Origin: a bacterium
Lineage (GTDB): Bacteria > Desulfobacterota > DSWW01
DNA length: 64,000 nucleotides
NCBI GenBank assembly: GCA_040756235.1
Contig: JBFLZG010000051.1
Coordinates: 8,727 to 72,726 of the forward strand
Reading direction: 5' to 3'
The position numbers and the translations under genes were made by a program. The notes under the pieces were generated by a model. That model was not told where the DNA came from and made no database searches. It saw only the letters and a program-made list of their open reading frames with translations. This document shows positions 56,588 through 64,000 of the stretch, piece after piece (positions within the stretch are counted from its first letter, which is position 1; the number at the start of each line of letters is the position of its first letter).

Positions 56588-57928
56588 ATGGGACACCATC
56601 ACGATGGAATAGCCCCTTGTGAAGATCAGCACGGAAAGGTCTATCGAAAGCTGGGTGAAAAGATCGACGGAATGCAGCTGAGGGCACCCTGGAGACAGGA
56701 ATTCTACGAGCTGATCAGGGAGCTCTATACCCCCGATGAGGCCGACCTCGTCGCACGGATGCCGTACACCTTCTCGAACCTCGACCGCATTGCCAGGGTG
56801 ACCGGCTACGGTAAATCAAAATTGCCGGGCATCCTGGAGGGTCTGACTTCAAAGGGGCTGGTCATCGATATCTTCGTACAGGGCGAATATGTCTATATGC
56901 CTTCGCCTTTGTACGTCGGCATCTACGAATTCACCCTGATGAAGACCGGCGGCCTGAGCACAAAAGAAAAAGCGCAGTTCCTGCATGCCTACATGAAGGA
57001 CAATGACGACTTCTACTCGGCAAACTTCAGCGGCGACAAGAAGGTTTCCATCATGCGGTCGCTTCCCCATGAAGAGGCGGTGATGCCGCAAGACTACACG
57101 GAAATACTCGACTATGAAAAGGCTGTGGCGCTCATCGAGGCGGCCGACACCTATACCCTCGGAAACTGTTCCTGTCGCACGGAAAAGGCCCATGTGGGCG
57201 AAAAGGAATGCAAGGCCCCCCTGAGATCGTGCATGGCCCTGGGGCAAGGGGCAGACTACATGATCCGAAACGGGATCGGCGAGCCGGCATCGAAATCCGA
57301 GATGCTGGAAGCGATCGCCATTTCCAAAGAACACAACCTCGTACTCAATGCAGATAATGTCCGGCGAAACCCGCGCTTCATCTGCCAGTGCTGTTACGAC
57401 TGCTGCATGACACTGACCGGCATCCGGAAATTCGGGTATCCCCATACCGTCATCACTTCGAGCTTCCTTGCGGCTATCGCCGGCAAGGATGCATGCATCG
57501 GCTGCGGGAAGTGCTCAAAAGCCTGCCCGATCGCGGCCATAGAGATGATCGAAGATCCCCAAGCACGGTCAAAGAATAGAGAGCGTCCGGTCATCGATAC
57601 GAACATCTGCCTGGGATGCGGTGTTTGTGCCCTGAATTGCGCGACAACCGCCCTTCGCCTGGTGAAGAGAGAGCAGAAGGTCATCCACCCGGCAAGTACT
57701 TTTGAAAGAATCATGATGCAGAGCCTGGAAAGAGGCACGCTACAAAACCAGATCTTTGATGATCCGGGCAGCATCACCCACAAGACCATGCGTGCCATCA
57801 TCGGCGGCTTCCTGAGACTCGATCCGGTGAAGAAGGCATTGATGGGCGATACGCTCCGATCAAGCTTTTTGAGGACCATGAAGACGGGCGCAAGAGCCCA
57901 GGGCCGAGGGTGGTTCTTGGACCTCTAA
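56588..57928 (+). CDS. 4Fe-4S dicluster domain protein
   Basis: CSCR, ICQCCYDCC, CIGCGKCSKACP, CLGCGVCALNC. Confidence 0.9.
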   Translation: MGHHHDGIAPCEDQHGKVYRKLGEKIDGMQLRAPWRQEFYELIRELYTPDEADLVARMPYTFSNLDRIARVTGYGKSKLPGILEGLTSKGLVIDIFVQGEYVYMPSPLYVGIYEFTLMKTGGLSTKEKAQFLHAYMKDNDDFYSANFSGDKKVSIMRSLPHEEAVMPQDYTEILDYEKAVALIEAADTYTLGNCSCRTEKAHVGEKECKAPLRSCMALGQGADYMIRNGIGEPASKSEMLEAIAISKEHNLVLNADNVRRNPRFICQCCYDCCMTLTGIRKFGYPHTVITSSFLAAIAGKDACIGCGKCSKACPIAAIEMIEDPQARSKNRERPVIDTNICLGCGVCALNCATTALRLVKREQKVIHPASTFERIMMQSLERGTLQNQIFDDPGSITHKTMRAIIGGFLRLDPVKKALMGDTLRSSFLRTMKTGARAQGRGWFLDL

Positions 57929-59046
57929 TGAAAGGGGGCAAACGGATCGTGGAGGATCGAACCTTTCCGGGTTCCGTGAGCAGGGAACAGGGGAATTCTC
58001 CTCTGCAGCATGTTCCGTCCGACTATTATCCCCCGGGCGGCTGTTTCTGGTTCATCCTTCCTGATGGAACGGACCAGGGCAAGAAGATGTTCTACCGGGA
58101 CAGCCATCCTGGAAACGACAAGCCCGGAACTACCGTTGTCCTCGTTCACGGTAATCCTGAATGCTCCTATTCGTACCGGAAAATCATAGCCGCCTTGGCA
58201 CGGACCGCACGAACGCCTGTCAGAACAATTGCCATGGATCATATCGGCTTCGGCCTGTCGGACCAGGCAACGTTCGAGATGACCTGCGCGGACCATGCCG
58301 TCAACCTGCTTTGCCTCATACGGTATCTCGACCTGCACAATGTTACCCTCGTGGTACATGACTGGGGAGGACCCATCGGCATCGGCGCATTTCTCCGGGA
58401 ACCGGGCAGGGTTGCGAACCTCGTCCTGCTGAATACGACGGTTTTCCCGATACCGGATGAAGGTTATACGTATCACAAGAACTATCCGACGCCCTGTATC
58501 CCCTGGTCGAAATTTCCACTCGCGTTCCCGTCCAGATTGTGGGGACCGGTGGCGAGCTATACGGTATACAGGAGGCCCGCCGGCGCATTCAGGCTCGTAG
58601 CGGGCCTGGTGGTCCATCTGCTACTCTTCAGGCTCGGGATAAGGGCAGGAGGAGAAAGAGACGCGCGGCAGGTTTACGAAGAACAGTTCAGTACGAGAGC
58701 GAATGCCAGAAGCTCAATGAGAATGGTACGCGAGACGCAGTATTGGGGGAAGGGCGAGATGGTCCCCGGATCATCCCCGGAGTTGAAGAACCCTGGGGTT
58801 CTTTACCGGTTCATGCAGGAAAACATGACAAAAGCATGGGGCCCTTTGGGAAGGAATATAGGTGCTCGAGCCCTCGTAGGGCGCTGGGACCCTCTGGGGA
58901 AAGACGGGGTCATCAGCCAGTGGCTGCGGAGCCTGCCGCAGCTTGAGGGCCATGTACGGGTGTTTGAAAAGGTCGGGCATTTTGTGAACATCGAGAAGCC
59001 GGAAGAGATCGCTGATGCTGTACTCGATGTTGCCGGACTGGGGTGA
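57928..59046 (+). CDS. Alpha/beta hydrolase, haloalkane dehalogenase/OleB-like
   Basis: VHGNP..SYSYR, DHIGFGLSD, VHDWGGPIG, LLNT, GRWDP, GHF; TAATG coupling to the Fe-S gene. Confidence 0.85.
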   Translation: MKGGKRIVEDRTFPGSVSREQGNSPLQHVPSDYYPPGGCFWFILPDGTDQGKKMFYRDSHPGNDKPGTTVVLVHGNPECSYSYRKIIAALARTARTPVRTIAMDHIGFGLSDQATFEMTCADHAVNLLCLIRYLDLHNVTLVVHDWGGPIGIGAFLREPGRVANLVLLNTTVFPIPDEGYTYHKNYPTPCIPWSKFPLAFPSRLWGPVASYTVYRRPAGAFRLVAGLVVHLLLFRLGIRAGGERDARQVYEEQFSTRANARSSMRMVRETQYWGKGEMVPGSSPELKNPGVLYRFMQENMTKAWGPLGRNIGARALVGRWDPLGKDGVISQWLRSLPQLEGHVRVFEKVGHFVNIEKPEEIADAVLDVAGLG

Positions 59047-59061
59047 GCAGGGCAGCGTCCT

Positions 59062-62000
59062 TCAGACCTCACCCCGCCCCTGAGCCTGGCGGTCGCGCGC
59101 GATCAGAAGATAGATCGCCGGCACGAAGAAGATCGTGAACGCCGTGCCCATGGCCATGCCTGCGACCAGCACGAGACCGATGCTGTTGCGCGCTTCCGCG
59201 CCCGGCCCGGTCACCAGGGTCAGCGGGAAATGGCCGCAAACGGTCGCCACGCTCGTCATCAGGATCGGACGGAGGCGCGTGACCGCAGCGTTGCGCACCG
59301 CCTCGAGCTTGCTCTGTCCGGACTCCTGCAGCTTGTTGGCAAACTCGACGATGAGGATGCCGTTCTTGGAGACCAGCCCGACCAGCGTCACCAGGCCCAC
59401 CTGCGAGTAGACGTTGAGCGTCGTGGTCCAGCCGTCGGTGAAGAAGGCGAGGTTCGGGTCCGGCATTTTCAGGAACGTCATGACGAGGGCGCCGAACATG
59501 CCCAGCGGGACCGACCCGGCCAGGATCACGAAGGGATCGCGGAAGCTGTTGAACTGAGCCGCGAGGACCAGGAAGATCAGCACCAGCGCGAGCAGGAAGG
59601 CCGGCAGGAACCGGGTCCCCTCGGTGCGCAGCTGGCGCGACTCCCCCGTGTAGTCGATCGTGTACCCCGACGGCAGGATGTTCGCCGCCTCTTCCTCCAG
59701 GACGCCGAGCGCCTGGTCGAGCGGACGCACGGCCACACCGCTGATCTTCACCGCGTTGAGCTGCTGGAACCGGTTGAGTGAACGGGGAACGACCCGGTCG
59801 TGCAGCCCGGCGATGGTGCTCAGGGCGATGAGCCGGCCGTCGGGACCGGTGACATGGATGTCTTGCAGCTGGTCCGGGTTCAGGCGCTCGGCCCGCACCA
59901 GTTGCGGAATCACTTTGTAGCTGCGGCCGGCGACGCTGAAGCGGTTCACGAAGTCGCCGCCGAGCGCGGCCCCGAGGTCCTGGCCCACGGTCTGGAGATC
60001 GAGGCCCAGTTGCGCCGCCTTCTCGCGGTCGATCTCGATCTCGGACTCAGGCTGGTCGATCTTGACGTCGATGAGCGGCGGAAACGCAAACAGGCCGCTT
60101 TGGGCCGCCTGCTGCTGGAGCCGGTGCGCAAAAGCCAGGATCTCGGAGCTTTCGGCGGTCGAGGCGAGCACGAACTCGACCGGAAACTGGCCGCCGCCGG
60201 GCAGGGCCGGCGGCAGGATGGGGAAGGTCTGGATGCCGGGGATGACCCCGACCTCGGCCTGCACCTGGGGCAGGATCTGGGAGGCCGAGCGCTCGCGATC
60301 GTGCCACGGCTCGAGGCCGACGCCCCAGAACCCGCCGTTCGGAAAGGTTACCTGGAAAGTGAAAGCCGAGTCCGGCAGGGCCATCACGGCCGTGTTCACG
60401 GCCCGCGCGGACTGCATGACCTGCTCGAGCGTCGAGTTCGCCGGCGTATTCACGACGCCGAAGATCACGCCCTGGTCTTCGGCCGGGGCGAGCTCCCTGG
60501 GCGACTGCCAGAACATCACGAGGGCGAGCACGCTCACCGCCACCCACGCCGCGTAAATCGAGCCCCGGGCCGCGAAGGAGATGTCCAGGTGGCGGGCGTA
60601 AGTCGCCTTGATGCGATCGAAGCCCCGGTTGACGACCCCGGCGAGGCCCCGGTTCTCGTACCCGCCAGGGAGGAGGATTGCGGACATCACCGGCGACAGG
60701 GTCAGGGCGACCACGCCCGAGATCAGGACGGCCCCGGCAAGGGTCAGAGCGAACTCGCGGAACAGAGAGCCGGTGAGGCCGCCCTGGAAGGCGATCGGGG
60801 TGTACACCGCAGCCAGGGTGATCGTCATGGCGATGATGGGCCCCACCAGCTCGCGCGCCCCGGTGAGCGCGGCGTGCACGGGAGTCTTTCCCTCGCGCAG
60901 GTGGCGCGCGACGTTCTCGACGACCACGATGGCGTCGTCCACCACCAGCCCGACCGAGAGCACGATGGCGAGCAGCGTGAGCAGATTCAGGCTGAAGCCG
61001 AAGACCTGCATCAGGAACACCGCGCCGATGAGCGAGACCGGGATGGCCACCACCGGCACGAGCACCGAGCGCAGCGAGCCGAGGAAGAGAAAGATCACCG
61101 CGACCACGATCAGGAGCGTCTCGGAGAGGGTCTTCAGCACCTCCCGGGTGGCGTCCCGGATGTAGACAGTCGCGTCGTAGGCGACCTCGGCCTGGATCTG
61201 CTCCGGAATGTCCTGCTCCAGCGAAGCCAGCTCGACGCGCACGCGCCGGATGACGTCGAGCGCGTTCGCGTTCGGCAGGGCCCAGACGCCGATGAAGACC
61301 GCGGTCCGGCCGGTGAAGTTGACCGCCGCGTCATAGTCCTCCGCACCGAGCGCGATGTCGGCGATGTCGCGCAGCCGCACGACGGCGCCCGCCCGCTCGC
61401 GTACGACCAACTGCTCGAACTCGCGCACCGAGCGCAGGTCGGTGTTGGCGGTCAGGTTCACCTGGACCAGCGAGCCCTTGGTCTGGCCGATCGCGGCGAG
61501 GTAGTTGTTGCCGGCCAGGGATTGTCGGACCTGGGCCGGGCTGACGTTCAGGGCCGCCATGCGGTCGGGCTTGAGCCAGACCCGCATGGCGAACGTGCGG
61601 GCCCCGAGAATGTCGGCCCGCTGCACCCCGTCGAGCGCGGACAGCCGCGGCTGCACGACGCGGATCAGGTAATCGGTGATCTCGTTCTGTTTGAGGAACT
61701 CGGAGGAGAAGCTCAGGTAGGCCGAGGCGAACTGGCTGTCGGCAGACTCGATGTCGAGGACCGGGACCTCGGCCTCGGGCGGCAGGTCGCCGCGAACCTG
61801 GTCGACCTTGGAGCTGATCTCGGCCAGGGCCCGGGTCGAGTCGTAGTTCAGCCGCAGGCGAGCGCGGATGAGCGAGACGCCCTGCTTGCTCTCCGACTCC
61901 AGGTAGTCGATGCCGTCGGCGGAGGCGATCACGCGCTCGAGCGGCGTGGTGATGAAGCCGCGCACCAGCTCCGCGTTCGCTCCCACGTAGTTGGTGGTGA

Positions 62001-62139
62001 CGGTGACGAGCGCGTTCTCGCTGCGCGGGTACTGGCGGACGGTCAACGACCGGATCGCCTGGATGCCCCCGATGAGGATGACGAGGTTGACGACGATGGC
62101 GACGACCGGGCGCCGGACGAAGAGGTCGGTGAGCTTCAT
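59062..62139 (-). CDS. RND efflux permease (AcrB family, MexW/MexI-like)
   Basis: FVRRPVVA, VGLVVDDAIVVVEN, GLVSKNGILIVEFAN, RLRPILMT. Confidence 0.97.
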   Translation of the reverse strand: MKLTDLFVRRPVVAIVVNLVILIGGIQAIRSLTVRQYPRSENALVTVTTNYVGANAELVRGFITTPLERVIASADGIDYLESESKQGVSLIRARLRLNYDSTRALAEISSKVDQVRGDLPPEAEVPVLDIESADSQFASAYLSFSSEFLKQNEITDYLIRVVQPRLSALDGVQRADILGARTFAMRVWLKPDRMAALNVSPAQVRQSLAGNNYLAAIGQTKGSLVQVNLTANTDLRSVREFEQLVVRERAGAVVRLRDIADIALGAEDYDAAVNFTGRTAVFIGVWALPNANALDVIRRVRVELASLEQDIPEQIQAEVAYDATVYIRDATREVLKTLSETLLIVVAVIFLFLGSLRSVLVPVVAIPVSLIGAVFLMQVFGFSLNLLTLLAIVLSVGLVVDDAIVVVENVARHLREGKTPVHAALTGARELVGPIIAMTITLAAVYTPIAFQGGLTGSLFREFALTLAGAVLISGVVALTLSPVMSAILLPGGYENRGLAGVVNRGFDRIKATYARHLDISFAARGSIYAAWVAVSVLALVMFWQSPRELAPAEDQGVIFGVVNTPANSTLEQVMQSARAVNTAVMALPDSAFTFQVTFPNGGFWGVGLEPWHDRERSASQILPQVQAEVGVIPGIQTFPILPPALPGGGQFPVEFVLASTAESSEILAFAHRLQQQAAQSGLFAFPPLIDVKIDQPESEIEIDREKAAQLGLDLQTVGQDLGAALGGDFVNRFSVAGRSYKVIPQLVRAERLNPDQLQDIHVTGPDGRLIALSTIAGLHDRVVPRSLNRFQQLNAVKISGVAVRPLDQALGVLEEEAANILPSGYTIDYTGESRQLRTEGTRFLPAFLLALVLIFLVLAAQFNSFRDPFVILAGSVPLGMFGALVMTFLKMPDPNLAFFTDGWTTTLNVYSQVGLVTLVGLVSKNGILIVEFANKLQESGQSKLEAVRNAAVTRLRPILMTSVATVCGHFPLTLVTGPGAEARNSIGLVLVAGMAMGTAFTIFFVPAIYLLIARDRQAQGRGEV

Positions 62140-62161
62140 GGGTAGCCCGCCCTCCAGCCGC

Positions 62162-63298
62162 TCATCGGTTGCTCGGCTTCGGAGCCATCTCGGCTGCGGG
62201 AGCCAGGGCGTTGTTCACCGCCACGGCCGTGCCGTTGCGCAGCTTGAACGCGCCGCTCGCCACGACCGTTTCGCCCTCGCTCAGCCCCGACGCGACGGCG
62301 ACGAAGTCCCCCCGGCGCTCGCCGAGACGCACGAACCTCTGGCGCGCCACGGTGGCCGCCTTCCCGGCCGGGTCCCGCCCTCCCTCGAGCACGAACACCG
62401 AGTCTCCGTAAGGCGCGTAGATCACCGCGGTCGCCGGGATGATCAGCACCGAGCGTTGCTCTCCGGAGAGGACTTCCACGTTGGCGAACATGCCCGGCCG
62501 CAGGCGCCCGTCGGGATTGGCGAACGTCGCGCGGACACGCACGTTGCGCGTGGCCGGGTCGACCTCCGGGTTGATCGTGGTGACTTCGCCGTCCCAGTGC
62601 GAGTCGAGGAAGGCATCGATGCGCAGGCGCGCCCGCTGGCCGAGCTCGAGCTCGAAAAGGGCCCCCTGGGGAAGCCAGAACTCCGCATGGATCGGGCTGA
62701 CCGACTGGAGCGATGCGATCGGGTCGCCGGCTGCCAGCACCTGCCCCAGCTCGACCTCCCGGATCGAAATGCGTCCGGCGAACGGAGCACGAATGGTCTT
62801 CTTGGCGATGGTCGCCTTCAGGCCCGCGACCGAGGCCTCGGCCTGCTTGGCGCGCGCTTCTGCCGCATCGAGGTCCGCCGACGTGATGTTGCCGCTCAGG
62901 CGCAGCTTGCGCGCCCGCTCCAGGCTGATGCGGGCCAGAGAGGCCTCGGCAACGGCCGCGGCGAGTTGCGCTTCCTCGGTCGAGGTGTCGAGCCGGACCA
63001 GGACGGCGCCCTGCTTCACCGAGGTCCCGGACTCGAAGGCGATCTCGCGCACGATCCCCTGCAGCTCCGCGCCCAGGGTCACGCCGTGAACGGCCACGAC
63101 AGACCCGATCGCCGCCCTCGTCTCTTCCCACCGGGCCGCTTCGACCGGGGCTGTCGCCACGGATTCCGGCGGGGGCACGAAGGACTGGCTCGCTCTCAGC
63201 ATGGTGACGATCTGACCGGCCTTGATCCCGGCGAGAACCCCGATCATGCCGAGCAGGCAAACGATGGAGACCACCCAGGCCTTGGTTTTCGGTTTCAC
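62162..63298 (-). CDS. RND periplasmic adaptor (MFP)
   Basis: N-terminal TM anchor, IRAPFAG, VDPATRNV.VRA, LRPGMF, IPATAV, GL..GE.VV..G..KL; GTG 63298 is the likely start. Confidence 0.92.
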   Translation of the reverse strand: MKPKTKAWVVSIVCLLGMIGVLAGIKAGQIVTMLRASQSFVPPPESVATAPVEAARWEETRAAIGSVVAVHGVTLGAELQGIVREIAFESGTSVKQGAVLVRLDTSTEEAQLAAAVAEASLARISLERARKLRLSGNITSADLDAAEARAKQAEASVAGLKATIAKKTIRAPFAGRISIREVELGQVLAAGDPIASLQSVSPIHAEFWLPQGALFELELGQRARLRIDAFLDSHWDGEVTTINPEVDPATRNVRVRATFANPDGRLRPGMFANVEVLSGEQRSVLIIPATAVIYAPYGDSVFVLEGGRDPAGKAATVARQRFVRLGERRGDFVAVASGLSEGETVVASGAFKLRNGTAVAVNNALAPAAEMAPKPSNR

Positions 63299-63581
63299 GT
63301 GCTTTGCCTGAACGGCTTGGCGGATTCGACCACGATTCGCTGCCGCATCTCCCGCCTCCGGACATGAGGCCCCTTGCCACTTGGATGCTGGGCAAGAGCG
63401 TCGCGTCTGTTGTTCGTCGAAGTTCCCATCGCCGTGCAGGATCGGCAGGCTGATCAATGCCTCCGCGGGACTTGCAGGGGCGCTGTTTGCCGCGCTCTTC
63501 CCGGGACCGAGCCTTCTGCCACCCCGCCTGAAATCGGGGAAGTACGGACTGGATTCCGGGGTGCGAGGCTCGGTCATGATT

Positions 63582-63793
63582 CGTCATCCCCGGCCAAGGC
63601 CGCCGGGGCGGCCGCGAGCCGGGATCCCCCGAAGCAGCGGGATTCCCGCTTGCGCGGGAATGACGCCCTACTATGGCACCGCCTGCTGCGCCGAAATGAC
63701 GGAGAAGCGCAAGGACCGGATTCCTGGATGTCGCCTCAGACCAAGGCCGCGCAGAGGGATGCGCCCGGAATCCGCAGGCTCCTCGGAATGACG
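63582..63793. repeat. Cluster of REP-like palindromic elements
   Basis: CGTCATCCCCGG...CCGGGATCC...GGATTCCCGCTTGCGCGGGAATGACG (63582-63665); further AATGACG ends near 63700 and 63793. Confidence 0.65.
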
Positions 63794-63883
63794 TGCGAGA
63801 GGTCTCTGAAGGGGTTACGACACGGTCTCGTTTGCGGGGAGGACGTCCTCCAGCTGGAGCTTGTCCCACAAGGCCCAGTTCGA

Positions 63884-64000
63884 GAGCCTGTTCAAAAATG
63901 CCCAGATGCAAGGCGCGCGAAATCCCGAGGAATGAGGCGTACATTTCAGTACGCCGCAGTGACGAGGGACGAGCGCAACGCCGCAGATGGGCGTTTTGGG
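63884..64000. mobile_element. Probable non-autonomous palindromic MITE-like repeat, cut by the window end
   Basis: Starts AGCCTGTTCAAAAATGCCCA; nested imperfect arms AAAATGCCCA/TGGGCGTTTT and GGCGTAC/GTACGCC; no ORF. Confidence 0.55.

Noticed and set aside
1..64000. CRISPR array, rRNA, phage or defence genes
   Set aside because: No regularly spaced repeats or relevant motifs seen; repeats in the kinase and TSP3 protein are coding domain repeats

Overview
High-GC bacterial chromosomal segment. Gene content (DUF1302/DUF1329 pairs, CCG-type Fe-S oxidoreductase, DUF362, sigma-54 activator, selenoproteins) suggests an anaerobic deltaproteobacterium-like organism; this is inference only. A housekeeping core (tRNA-Phe, rsmE, prmA, nadA, smpB, gloA, fetAB-like) is interleaved with accessory catabolic genes. 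Highlights: (1) two genes the ORF track truncates or splits at an in-frame UGA that looks like selenocysteine, each followed by a SECIS-like hairpin: an ArsM-like methyltransferase (34388-35107, -) and a UGSC-family protein (54749-55276, +). (2) A visibly lower-GC island (~37.7-52.3 kb) with a two-HTH sigma-54 activator, an array of TGT-N11-ACA-like sites and a -24/-12 promoter ahead of a nine-gene operon that combines three C-C cleavage chemistries (BKACE, 6-oxocamphor-hydrolase-like crotonase, PhlABC-like thiolase complex); this is the best candidate for an undescribed pathway. (3) A DUF35/Ltp4-like/Ltp3-like/DUF35 aldolase-type cluster. (4) An orphan ACP-LnmK-like fusion. (5) A ~300 bp scar of three unrelated gene fragments, and palindromic/MITE-like repeats at the right end. 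No CRISPR array, rRNA, integrase or transposase was seen. All family calls are by eye from motifs; no searches were run.
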